Of a DNA stretch of 64,000 nucleotides, positions 38,061 through 51,255 are shown in pieces. The translations under genes were made by a program, and so were the position numbers. The notes beneath the pieces are model-generated. The model ran no database searches, was not told where the DNA came from, and saw nothing but the letters and a program-made list of their open reading frames with translations. Position 1 is the stretch's first letter, and each line of letters starts with the position of its first letter. This stretch comes from Octopus sinensis (Eukaryota). Location: assembly GCF_006345805.1 (NCBI RefSeq), contig NC_043017.1, positions 31,868,001 through 31,932,000 of the forward strand, written 5' to 3'.

Positions 38061-38751
38061 ACCAATAAGACATGCAGACAAATACATAACCAAAACCCCA
38101 GGACTTGCAAATATAAACAATATTCACAAAAGAGTATTGCTAAGCACTGTATATATATTCTTTTACTCTTTTACTCTTTTACTTGTTTCAGTCATTTGAC
38201 TGCGGCCATGCTGGAGCACCGCCTTTAGTCGAGCAAATCGACCCTGGGACTTATTCTTTGTAAGCCCTGTACTTATTCTATCGGTCTCTTTTGCCGAACT
38301 GCTAAGTAACGGGGACGTAAACACACCAGCATCAGTTGTCAAGCAATGCTAGGGGGACAAACACAGACACACAAACACATATACACACACACATATATAT
38401 ACATATATACGACAGGCTTCTTTCAGTTTCCGTCTACCAAATCCACTCACAAGGCATTGGTCGGCCCGGGGCTATAGCAGAAGACACTTGCCCAAGATGC
38501 CACGCAGTGGGACTGAACCCGGAATCATGTGGTTGGTAAGCAAGCTACTTATATATATATCTTATGTTGAGCACTTTCAATGTTGTAAAAATAACAAAGT
38601 CAAACACAAACCAAGGTACACAGAGCTGTGTTTGAAGCGTGCAATTGATTGCTGCATAATGATAATCCAGAACTCAAGATAAAATACCCATTAACTAAAT
38701 AAGTGTGAAGTAGCATAATAATAATAATAGTAATAATAATAATAATAATAA

Positions 38752-39356
38752 TTGGCTAAGAAGGAATATATTCACAGACATGACAGAGTTGGAACCTACA
38801 TACATTGGAAGCTCTGCCAACATTATGGAATAACAACAGAAAAAAGATGGTATAGGCACACACCAGAAAAGGTCACAGAAAACGAGAAAGCAACCATACT
38901 CTGGGATATGCCGATACACACAGATAGAGAAATTAAGGCCAACAGACCAGATATAGTTGTCAGAGATCATGAAGGAAAAAAAATGCTTTCTAATTGATGT
39001 ATCAATACCGGCAGATGACAACGTGTCTCTAAAAGAAATGGAGAAACTCTCAAAATACAAAGACCTGGAAATAGAGGTAACCAGAATGTGGAATCTAAAA
39101 ACAGAAACAATTCCTATCATAGTAGGTGCATTAAGCATGATAAAAAAATATTCAGACAAATACATAACAAAAACACCAGGACTTACAAACACATATAACA
39201 TACAGAAAATTGCACTACTAGGCACTGCACACATCCTATGCAGAACACTTTCCATACAATAACCATCAGAGCATCACAACAAATCACAGCACATACCCAA
39301 GGCACACAGAGCTGCACTCGGTAGTGAAGTGAAAGCATGCTATAAAAATAAAACTA

Positions 39357-39362
<6 letters not shown>
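38752..39362 (+). pseudogene. R4/Dong-like 3' fragment (REL + 3' UTR) in (TAA)n
   Basis: RHDRVG..ILWDMPIHTDREIKANRPDIVV, frameshift, KYKDLEIEVTRMW..GTAHIL. Confidence 0.9.
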
Positions 39363-39411
<49 letters not shown>

Positions 39412-39432
39412 TTAATAATAATAATAATAATA

Positions 39433-39988
39433 ATGCCCTGGTGCAGTACCAGGCAGTGGCTCTCATGGCTTCTGATCTTAACTGATTGCAAGAGTTATCA
39501 TGTACATTGATTTGTCTTGGTATAAAATATGGGCTGCAACAAATATTCTGCTCAATACCACAGATTTGCTTGTCAGTTGTTTGACCTTAACCAGTTGAGC
39601 ATGTCCCTTAGTGGCTGACGATATGTGCATCTCTGATCATGAGCAGAAGTAGTGGGGGAGCATCATAGCCATGTGTTGAGAAGGATTCTTTGGGGTTTGA
39701 ATAATTCACCTCTGGAAACATGGGTGTTTCGTTCAGCATCCTTAAACAATCCTAATTCAGGGACCTTTTGAGCAGGATGGGCTACTCAAGCAGAAGAAAA
39801 TTCTAACTGGGCCCCACCTGCAAGGTCATGTGTTGTTTATCTTGATATGAGATCACCATGTCGCGCACATATGGTTGTGATGCATGTGCCTAGTGTACCC
39901 TTATCAGACAGGTAGTCATGATGGGTATACTGGGCTTCGTATATTTTACCCCAGTGGCACTTTGATGACATGCACTGCTCTCCCACTC
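39433..39988 (+). mobile_element. ~560-bp TAA-associated element, apparently full length
   Basis: Reverse complement of 12647-13208; directly follows the R4 fragment across a (TAA)n tract. Confidence 0.88.
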
Positions 39989-39992
39989 AATG

Positions 39993-40026
<34 letters not shown>

Positions 40027-40641
40027 TGTCGATGTGAGAACTATTACTACCCATGTATTTTAATTTAACTTTATTTCTATTAAAAAAAAAAATGAACGAA
40101 AATAGGCGCAGAAGTGGCTGTGTGGTAAGTAGCTTGCTAACCAACCACATGGTTCCGGGTTCAGTCCCACTGTGTGGCATCTTGGGCAAGTGTCTTCTGC
40201 TATGGCCTCGGGCCGACCAAAGCCTTGTGAGTGGATTTGGTAGACGGAAACTGAAAGAAGCCTGTCGTATATATGTATATATATGTATGTGTGTGTATAT
40301 GTTTGTGTGTCTGTGTTTGTCCCTCTAGCATTGCTTGACAACCGATGCTGGTGTGTTTATGTCCCCGTCACTAGCAGTTCGGCAAAAGAGACCGATAGAA
40401 TAAGTACTGGGCTTACAAAGAATAAGTCCCAGGGTCGATTTGCTCGACTAAAGGTGGTGCTCCAGCATGGCCGCAGTCAAATGACTGAAACAAGTAAAAG
40501 AGTAAAAGAGTAAGAGTAAGAGAACTAGTGAGTTTAGTTTAATTGCTTACCAATGTATACTATGAGTTTCTTTGCCCTAGGAGTCGAGAAGACACTTGGC
40601 AAGAAATGGAAGCAAATTTGAAAGATGAAGAAAAACCCATA

Positions 40642-40692
<51 letters not shown>

Positions 40693-41821
40693 CCTTTCTA
40701 CTATAGGCACAAGACCTGGAATTTGTGGGGAGCAGGGTAGTCTATCGCATTGCCTCCAGTACTTGCCTGGTATTTAATTTATCGACCCCATAAGGACGGA
40801 AGGCAACGTTGACCTCAACGGAATTTGAATTAGGAATGTAAAGACGAATAAACTGCAACTAAGCATTTTGCCCGGCGTGCTAAGGGTCCTGACAGCTCAC
40901 CACCTGAATAATTATCAGGCGAACAACAGCAGCAACAACAACAATCACAACAACAACAACGACCTCAATAGCAACAACAAGGACAACAACAATACAACAT
41001 CAACAAATGAAGCCAAGGAACTTGTTGAACATAAAGCTGATTTTTATAAATCCATGTTCATAATTCCGTCCCTTACATCATTCGAAAATAATTATCCTTA
41101 ATGCTAAGGAATTTCTTCTTATCATATATGTGATTTCAAATGATTAAAAATCTATTTTGGCTGTACTATATTAAATCTGTTAGCTTGTGCTTGGTTATAT
41201 ATTCTCCACACTCATGGAGCCCTTCAGATATTTTCCAATATCAATATATTAAATTGCCAGACTAACAAATTATTGTTACATCAAAACTATATTCACTAAA
41301 AGTTGTCCGTTCTGCAAGATTGTGGTTATTGTATATTGATTTGAGTACAATGCAATCTCAGATATAATGCTACCCCTACATTTTGTAGCTTAAAATCTCT
41401 AATATACATTATTTGAGCAATGCTTTTGTGAGTAGATATGGAGGCAAAAACTGAAAGAAACATGTCACACACACACACACATTCACAAATACATATATAT
41501 ATATATATATATATATCACCATCACCGTGACTGACTAGGCTATCAGATGTTGTTACACACCGATGGTCACAATGCGCTTCGCATTGTTTTAGCCTTCAAA
41601 TGATGCCACCCCGCTGGCTAAGTGAGCAGGTCAACAGAAGAAAGAGTGAGAGAGAGTTGTAGTGAAAGAGTACAGCAGGGATCGCCACCACCTCCTGCTG
41701 GAGCCTCATGGAGCTTTAGGTGTTTTCACTCAATAAACACTCACAATGCCCAGTTTGGGAATCGAAACAGCGATCCTACGACCGTGAGTCCGCTGCCCTA
41801 ACCACTAGGCCATTGCGCCGC

Positions 41822-41859
<38 letters not shown>

Positions 41860-41874
41860 ATCATCATCAACATC

Positions 41875-42450
41875 ATCATCATTGTTTAACGTCCGTTTTC
41901 CATGCCGGCATGGGTTACATGGTTTGACTGAGGTCTGGAGAGCCAGCAGCTGCACCAAGCTCCAATCTGATCTGGCAATGTTTCTACAGCTGGATGCCCT
42001 TCCTAATGCCAACCACTCTGAGAGTGTAGTGGGTGCTTTTTATGTACCACCAGGACAGGAGCCAGTCAGGCAGGCCTGGCATCAATTACGTTTGGATAGT
42101 GCTTTTTACGTGCCAGCATCACAGGGGCCAGTCAGTGGGTACTGGCATCAGCTACATTTGGATGGTGCTTTTCACATACCACCAGCATGGGAGCCAGTCA
42201 GGGGCCACTTGCCACAGCTACAATCTGGTTTTACTTGACTCGACAAGTCTTCTCAAGCATATCATATCACCCAATGCATCTTAAATGGGTTGGACATGAA
42301 TGGCTGGGATCTCACTTTAGTTGCCGGGTCTTCTCAATCACAGCATATCTCCAAAAGTCTCAGTCTCTTGTCACTGCCTCTGTGAGGCCCACTGTTCAAA
42401 GATCATGATTCACTACTTTATCCCATGTCTTCCTGGGTTTACCTCTTCCA
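41875..42450 (-). mobile_element. RTE-clade LINE 3' end
   Basis: Minus strand GRGKPRKTWDKVV..WRYAVIEKTR, then 3' UTR and (GAT)n tail. Confidence 0.8.
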
Positions 42451-43804
42451 GTCGATTAGATCAACCCCAGTATGCACCTGGTACTTAATTTATTGGCCCT
42501 GAAAGGATGAAAGGCAAAGTCGACCTTGGCGGAATTTGAACTCAGAACGTAACGGCAGACGAAATACCGTTAAGTATTTCACCCGGCGTGCTTATGTCTT
42601 TGCCAGCTCGCCGCCTTTAAAACATGTCTGTTCATGGGGAAATATTACCTTACTCAGAAATGGGTAAGAGTTAGGGACAGAAAGAGCATCCATCTATCCA
42701 TCTATAGAAACTCTGTTTCAACAAATTCCAGCTGAAAAAGCGAATAATCAAAATCGATGAAGATGATAATTTTATCCCAAATAGAAAACCACAATTATTT
42801 CCTTATTTAAAAAAAACAAAAACAAATATCACTGAAACTTGAGACGTATCACACAAATATTAAACAACCTTGAAGACAAACAATTAAGCAAGAATGATGT
42901 TTGCTTTTGTTATTTAACAAAAGTCGTTTCATAGGTTAAAAATTCAATTGTTCCTAAAATTGGTTTATTGCTTAAAAATCAATTTTTTTTTAAAGAACTC
43001 CAGCCATTCTTCTTGGCTTAACGCTTCATCAATATCTTATCCTATAACTTAATTATATTCTTCATTTAATTATTCAGTGTTGTCCATAATTGCAACCTGA
43101 TAATACTAAAGAAGGTTATCTTCTGTTTCATCTAATTCATTTCTAAAACCAGTCTTGAAACCTTTTGGAAAAATGTCTGTTTAGCAGCTCAAGTGTTTCA
43201 AGCTAATTTAACCCCTGGCAGCAACAATAGCCTTTAGAGCCTATTTTCTGCTTGTATTTTTTCCTTTTTAATCATCCAGAGACATTATGATATCCAGTGC
43301 TTCTTAACTTTCTCCTTAAATTGTTTAAAACAAACCCCAAGGACATGGACAGCAGATAAACCTCCTGGAGGAAAAACTTAATGAAATTTCACAAACTTAC
43401 AAGACATGCTTCACTGGTTTAATAAGGCAAACTCTCTTACTGGTCTTACACCAAAATTGCAAGATTCTTTAGAAGTGTTCCAGATCGTTTATCTTTTATG
43501 GTTTCAGTACTCAAACTTTGGCCATACTGTAGCACTATTTCAAAGAGTTTTGGTTTTTAAATTCTGGTACTTATTTTCTCAGTTACTCAAGCCAAACTAC
43601 TGGGTTAAAGAGACACAAACAAACCAACACCAGCAGTCGGAATCTGGTGCAACCCCTGGCCTTGCCAATTCATGTCAAGCTGTCCAACCCATATTTCTAT
43701 TTTGATTCAGTTTGAAGTCATGCTCTTTTCTTAGAACAGTTTTATCATAGGAATCGGAGAGAGGCTTCTGTGAAAGTTTTGTCTTCTAATGTAAAGCTAT
43801 AGAT

Positions 43805-44023
43805 CAGTGGTTTTCAACCAGGGTTCCGCGGAACCTTAGCGTTCCGCCAGTACAGTCCAGGGGTTCTGCAAGAAGTTACAAAACTGCTAAAATCGGCAGT
43901 AATTTTTAATTCTCCTGTGCAGATATGTGTGCATAAAACTATTAAATTATTGCACAGGGATTCCCCAAGCCAGTGGAATGTTTCCTTGAGGTTCTGCTCC
44001 AGCAAAAAGTTTGAAAAGCACTG
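43805..44023. mobile_element. hAT (Charlie-like) MITE
   Basis: TIRs cagtggttttcaa / ttgaaaagcactg; perfect 8-bp TSD CTATAGAT at 43797-43804 and 44024-44031. Confidence 0.92.
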
Positions 44024-45945
44024 CTATAGATTATCTTCTCAAGGGTCTCTTGCATGACCCATTTCAAAAAGTGAAACATCAACTAACATTATATTTCTCA
44101 CCCTGGTCCCAAATTTTGGCAAAAGGCCATCAATTTTAGGGATGGGGTAAGCTAATTACAGCAACTTCTTATTTCATCGACCTCAGAAGGATAAAAGGTA
44201 AAGTTGATCTCAGTGAAATTTGAACTCAGAATATGAAACCAGTCAAAATACCACGAAGCATTTCGCCTATTGTGCTAGCTCACTGCTTCCATTATATTTT
44301 CTTCCATTTTGATATTTTCTTTGCATGTAATTTTACATGGTGTTGTTACAAATATATCCGTCTTTTCTCTTGTCTTACACCTATGCACTAAATTCTATTT
44401 TGAGTTCTAGATAGTCAGACAGTTTTCTGCTTAAAAATGATTTATTTGCATCTTCTGAAGCTGGAGTTTGTCCTTCCTTCATATCTTCAAACACCACTTT
44501 CCTACGAACTGCACAAAAGATGTTCTTTTTCAGTTAATTTAATTATTTCTAGTTTCAGTCTTTACACTGCAGATAACACAACTCTTTTTCACATCCGTAA
44601 CTTTATCTATTGGGGTGTGAGCAGGCCCAGTTTTAAGCCAATTAGATTTGTTCAAATTAGGCCCTGTGCCAAGAGAGGGCCCCCATGTACACACTCGCAC
44701 AGAAGATGGTATGATGAATTTTTAGTATATCATTGTTTGTTCTTTCTCGAGCCATGCCTGGCTCATAAGGGCCGGTTTCCCGGTTTCCTTGGCATATAGG
44801 TTCCCCACCTGGACGGAACGATGGTCCGTCGCAGGTGAGCTGCTAGATGCAAGAGGAAAGAGTGAGAGAAATTTGTGGCGAAAGAGTCAGCAGAAGTTCG
44901 CCATTACCTTTTGCCGGAGCCACGTGGAGCTTAGGTGTTTTGCTTGTAAACACACACATCACCCGGTCTGAGTTTTGAACCTGCGATCCCTTGACCGCGA
45001 GTCCGCTGCTCTAACCACTAGGCCATGTGTCCCCACAGTATATCCTTGTAGTTAAAGGTGTAGCCTCAGGCTCTCAACATTTTTTGGCCAGGACTGGCAT
45101 ACTACATGAAGCATACAACATAAATTTTCAGCTTTTATAGAATAGAAGGCTTCACTGACAATTCTTTAATTCAGCCCAGCACTTTTTAGCACTGGCCCTT
45201 GGTGTAAGATGGAAATATCTTTTAAAACTAATGTCAGCTAGTAAATGTGACTTACAGCTTTTAAACCAAAAAAAAAAAACGTTTTGAATGAAATCATCAC
45301 CTTTAAACAACAGTATATAACCACATATACAAACAACATAGTAGAAGAATTAACAACTGCTGTTAGCTATATATTCACTAGGCATATGCCATTTCAGAGC
45401 TGTAGACATTCAAATATATACATTAGCGGTGTCTCAGGTCTTTGCCTTTGGGATATAAATTTTCAAATGACTATCGTTGCATATATTATCTTTTCTTTTC
45501 ACACTCGTGTATAATACTACCATTTCAATCAGTTTTGACAGTAACTATTCAAAGTCAGACTCATTCCTGTCTGCATCAGACCATTTTTATTCAGGGTCAA
45601 TTTAAACTTTAGTATTAATTTCCTTTCTGCCTTGGAAAAATTATTATTATATAATGTTAATGGTTGCTTTTCTCCCCACGGATGTAGTTTTAATTGATAA
45701 AAACATTGGGGACTCACAACACTAAATATCTAAGATTTTCTGTAACAATGCATTATATATATATATAAATAGATGAGTGTATTTTTACCTTGTTAACAAT
45801 TAACATGGAAAAAAATCAATGAATAGTTACCAGGGTAGCAAAAATCTCACAAGTAAAGAGGTTGTAACTCCTTGTTTATAAAGGTAGAAACTTCGTGTTT
45901 ACGTGGAATATTTTGAATAATATATGAATAAATATATATACATAT

Positions 45946-46902
45946 TGTTACGGGACCCCCGAAAGTTGCTACGGAATCCCACCTGCCGTCGCTCGAACTT
46001 GAACCCGGGATCCCAACAAGTCGAGCGACGACGATTGACCAGGCTCGATCGATCGGTGAAAGCCCGCCACGGAACTCAGAGAGGAGAGAGATAACAACAA
46101 CAACAACAGCAGCAGGAAGAGACACAGAGGCACAAAGAAACACAGCGGAAGGCAATCGGCTTACATTTAGCCTACTAGTTTTATAACACTTTATAATTGT
46201 TACAACATCAAATACATCAAGATACATATCAGGTACATCAAAGAGGAAATACATGCAAGAAACAACAGATCAAAGCATTTAAACATGCAGATACAATATA
46301 ACAACAGCATTCGGGTACAAAATCAGTTCAGATTGATGCAATATACAGTCCGGAGACAACAGTTCTGTTTCAAATCACATTAATCTTACAGTTCAAATCA
46401 CATTAAAGGCATATACAGTTCAATGTTCATTAAAGACTACAACAGACTCTTTCTTTAACAGTTCTGTAACACAATGTTCATTTCTTTTACATTTCAATAC
46501 ATCGATTCTTTTTCCTTCCTTTTCTTCACATATCAAAACATACAATTAACACATACCGTTACATCAGCCAATGCCTTACATTGTAGTCCATCTCTATTAG
46601 CTGCCTAATCCTCTGTATATCTCTTCCGCAGCCCCTCAACATTTCTCTCACTGTCTCTCTCTGTCACAGCAGAACAGCCACTGCTAAATCTAAACTGCCA
46701 ACTGCTTGCCCTGAATCCCAAATGCCGACTCTCTCACAAACTGAACTGCTCACTTAAGGGGGTAGCCCTCAAATGAACCCTAATTCACCTGAAAGGGTCG
46801 GGGAGTTTCCCCAGAGCTAATTAATCAACCCGCATCTGGCAGAACAATGGAGTCATTCCCAAAAGTAGGTCGCCAGCTCTGTCCTTAAGTTGAACCACAA
46901 CA
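45946..46902. mobile_element. Solo LTR (957 bp), probably Gypsy/Ty3-type
   Basis: TGT...ACA termini, 4-bp TSD ATAT (45942-45945; 46903-46906), GC content above the flanks, no partner LTR in the window. Confidence 0.8.
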
Positions 46903-47174
46903 ATATGTACATATTCTTTTATTCTTTTACTTATTTCGGTCATTTGACTGTGGCCATGTTGGAGCACTGCCTTTAGTCAAACAAATCGACCCCAGGACTT
47001 ATTCTTTGTAAGCCTAGCACTTATTCTCTTTTGTCAAACTGCTAAGATACGGGGACATAAACACACAAACGCTGGTTGTCAGGCTATGGTGAGGGAACAA
47101 ACACAGACACAAATACATACATAAATACATATATATATATATATTATATATATATATATATATTATATATTATA

Positions 47175-47223
<49 letters not shown>

Positions 47224-47920
47224 TATATATACATATACATATATATATATTATATATAATATATATACATATTTATATATATATATATAGTGAAGGCACA
47301 TGGCTCAGTGGTTAGAGCGTTGAGCTTACAATCGTGAGGTTGTGAGTTCGATTCCTGGACCAGACTGCATAACTTTGTAGGTGCAATCCCATGGTCATTC
47401 ATGACCAAAGGGGTTCTCAATTCGATATATACATACATACGAAGGGCTTCTTTCAGTTTCCTTTCACCACATCCACTCACAAGGTTTTGGTCAGCCCAAG
47501 GCTATAGTAGAAGACACTTGCCCAAGGTGCCATGCAGTGGGACTGAACCCAGAACCATGTGGTTGGGAAGCAAGCTTCTTACCACACGGCCACTCCTGTG
47601 CCTATATATGTCTTTTAAATTCATTTATGGTAACGTTAAAGGTATTTGCATACCTATTACTTTACTACCCACAAGGAGCTAAACACAGACGGGAAAAACA
47701 AGGGGAAATGGATTAAGTCGATTACATCAATCCCAGTGCGTAACTGGTACTCAATTTATCAACCCCGAAAGGATGAAAGGCAAAGTCGACCTCAGTGGAA
47801 TTTGAACCCAGAACGTAACGGCAGATGAAATACGGCTACGCATTTCGCCCGGCACGCTAACGTTTCTGCCAGCTCGCCACCATGTATATATATATGTGTG
47901 TATATATGTATATATATATA

Positions 47921-47951
<31 letters not shown>

Positions 47952-47975
47952 TATATATTATATATATATATATAT

Positions 47976-48018
<43 letters not shown>

Positions 48019-48025
48019 ATATATT

Positions 48026-48058
<33 letters not shown>

Positions 48059-48059
<1 letters not shown>

Positions 48060-48285
48060 CTAGCAGAATTGCCCGGCGTTGCTCGGGGCTGAATTGCTTG
48101 AAAGTACTGTTAAGGATTGCACTGAATTATGATGATTATTCAGGCAAATATTGATATAAGCTTACGGTGGGAGATAAGGACTTAACGATCAAACGTGTGC
48201 CAAACTGCATCGCAAAATGTGGGAGTAGTTAGGAATCTAAATCGGAGTAGACGGACACACAACCTTTCTTTTATATATAAATATT
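48059..48285 (+). mobile_element. Helentron/HINE (DINE-1-like) element
   Basis: 5' actagcagaattgcccggcgttgctcggg; 3' acacacaacctttcttttatatata. A second 3'-type end with hairpin ggcagataaaatctgcc-ttttataataagagat lies at ~49293-49330. Confidence 0.6.
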
Positions 48286-48438
48286 TTCGTCCTAAAAAAC
48301 TTTGTATGGATTGAATGGTTACCTCTATGGAAATATATACACGCACATTATACATACATGTGTGTATAGATGAATATATAAATACATTTAAATATCTATA
48401 TACACTTTTGGGCGATCTTTCTGCCACTTGGATATAGG

Positions 48439-48882
48439 GGCGATGTTTCACTTGTCGTAGCACACGTTTCCGTTGATTTCCGTAAAAAATGTAAACACTG
48501 AATCGGCCATACATACATACATACATACACACACACATACATACACACACACACACACAGATACATGCATACATACATATACACATAAACCGAGTAAAAA
48601 TTTCAGTTATCTCTCTCTTCACACATTACTCTCTCTGTCTCTTCACACACACTACAGAAGCACTTCACTTACACAACATACTGTCTGTCTCCACACTCCA
48701 TCAAACACACCACACACACACATGTACATCAATGCATCCCATGCACGGTAACTTCAAAAGAACTTCCCTCGTCATACAATTGCTTTCTCTTAGTCTCTTT
48801 CGCTCTCATTACTTATGTAAAAAAATAAAAGTTTTTTACGGAAATCGACGGAAACCTGTGCTACGACAAGCGAAACATCGCC
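48439..48882. mobile_element. 444-bp MITE with 51-bp TIRs (Merlin-like by its GG start and 8-bp TSD)
   Basis: Arms 48439-48489 and 48832-48882 with 3 mismatches; flanks GATATAGG / GATATGGG. Confidence 0.65.
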
Positions 48883-49328
48883 GATATGGGTCTTATATTC
48901 GTCCTAAAATACTTTCCTGTCACACACTCACGCACATGCACGCACACACACACTCACACACACGCACGTTAGCTTACAATTTTATTTATATATTTGCGTG
49001 TCTATGTGTGTAAAGAGGAAGTGGCAGACTGAAAGAGTCACTCACTACAAAAGGTGAATTACTTTCATTTTATTCCTTGCACACTGTGTGTGTGCGTGTG
49101 CGTGTGGTGTAAAACACATTAAGAAAAGCATTTGACATACACACCAGAATGTGAGTTTTCTGTAAATTTTGCTTAATTGGAGTTTAAATTTTAAAAAGTG
49201 GACCTGGCAAAACCCGATGCATTCTACTCTTAAAAATGCTAAGTAAATTGTAATTGAAGAAATCCTATATTGTAGATTTCTATAACTGACAAAGGGAGGC
49301 AGATAAAATCTGCCTTTTATAATAAGAG

Positions 49329-49740
49329 ATATTAAAGAATGGAGTTGAACGACGAATTAACAAAATTCCTTTATTTTCTACATATGTTTCGAAGGCTGCA
49401 TATTCCTAATTGCGAAGGAATAAGGAATATTTTTCACTATGGGCTCCGTGTGAGCAGTCATCTAAAAGTTTTTTGTGCATCTTGATGTTGACATAAGTTC
49501 CTTGCTTTTCCTGATGAGAAAGCGACATAATATACTCCTTATTCCTTCGCAAACATATGTCGAAAATAAAGGAATTTTGTTAATTCGTCGTTCAACTCCA
49601 TTCTTTAATATATTTATATTTAAAAAAAAAACATACAAATTTCCACACAAAAGCACGTAACTTCAAACGTGTCTCCTCTGATGTGAATTTGCTACCCAGG
49701 TATCGGTTAACCGAATTATCCATAACAAGATAATTCATTC
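49329..49740 (+). mobile_element. Penelope-like terminal repeat with inverted partial duplication and damaged hammerhead
   Basis: Arms 49329-49388 / 49551-49611 (1 mismatch); TTTTC-CTGATGA..G(C)AAA-CATATG-TC-GAAAA at 49506-49566; downstream homology to 7021-7081. Confidence 0.75.
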
Positions 49741-49773
49741 AACTACTCAAATATTCATATATATATATATGTG

Positions 49774-49888
<115 letters not shown>

Positions 49889-50504
49889 GGCTTATCATTA
49901 TTCTAAATGGTTTTTAATTAGAGATGCTATACGATTAAGAACAATGATGTCCTAGAAATTCAGTTGATGATCCACCCACTCTAAAAAAAAAAAATAAATA
50001 AATGAATGTACAAATAAACAAAGGTGTAAATTTTCTAAACATTAATATAGGGAGATGGGTTGGGGGAAGCTTAACTGTTTTAATTTAATAATGCAATTTG
50101 TGAATCAATAACATTCTTTGATAACGGTTTCCCATGGGCCACATTATGATTCATATTATTTCAGGTAGAAAGAGAGGGGGAGAGAGATTAGAAGTAAGCC
50201 AGTGCAAGAGATTAGATGTAACCCAGTGCACAACAGATATTTCACCAGATTTTTCTCAACAAATAATGATTTTTCTGGGTTGGTTTTGTTTTTGTTGGTG
50301 TTTATATCCCACAGCAACATATTTAGGTGTGGTTGTGTGGTGTGTGGTTGAGAAGTTTGCTTTGCAGCCATGTGAGTTCAGGTTCAGTCTCAATGTGAGG
50401 CACCTTGAGTAAGTTTCTTTTCTACAATGGGCCCTCAGCAACCAATGCCTTGCGAGGGAATTTGGTAGATGTGGAAACCCATCATGCACACATACTCACA
50501 TATA

Positions 50505-51255
50505 TATGAGTTGGCAGAAACGTTAGCATGCCGGGCGAAATGCATAGCCATATTTTGTCTGCCGTTATGTTCTGAGTTCAAATTCCGCTGAGGTCGACTT
50601 TGCCTTTCATCCTTTCGGGGTCGATAAATTAAGTACCAGTTACACACTGGGGTCGATGTAATCGACTTAATCCATTTGTCTGTCCTTGTTTGTCCTCTCT
50701 GTGTTTAGTCCCTTGTGGGTAGTGAAGACAGACGAAATACCTATTTCATTACTACCCACAAGGGGCTAAACACAGACGGGACAAACAAGTACAGACAGAT
50801 GGATGAAGTCGATTACATCAACCCCAGTGCGTAACTGGTACTTAATTTATCAACCCCGAAAGGATGAAAGGCAAAGTCGACCTCGGCGGAATTTGAACTC
50901 GAGAACATAAAGACAGACGAAATACCTGTTTCTTTACTACCCACAGGGGCTAAACACAGAGGGGACAAACAAGTACAAACAAACGGATTAAGTTGATTAT
51001 ATCGACCCCAGTGCATAACTGGTACTCAATTTATCAACCCCGAAAAGATGAAAGGCAAAGTCGACCTCGGCGGAATTTGAACTCAGAACGTAACGGCAGA
51101 CGAAATACCAGTGCGTAACTGGTACTTATTTAATCGACCCCGAAAGGATGAAAGGCAAAGTCGACCTCGGCAGAATTTGAACTCAGAACGTAGCAGCAGA
51201 CGAAATACCGCTAAGAATTTCGCCCGGAGTGCTAACGTTTCTGCCAGCTCGCCGC
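50505..51255. mobile_element. Tail-to-tail SINE array (one plus unit, about three minus units)
   Basis: Heads at both outer ends; orientation switch at ~50725. Confidence 0.8.

Noticed and set aside
44381-44508. Exon-like minus-strand frame RRKVVFEDMKEG..IEFSA*
   Set aside because: It ends in a stop with no linked exons and could equally be decayed transposase sequence; unsupported either way.
47291-47375. tRNA-like sequence with A and B boxes
   Set aside because: It matches SINE heads elsewhere in the window (e.g. 11415), and I could not fit a complete cloverleaf.
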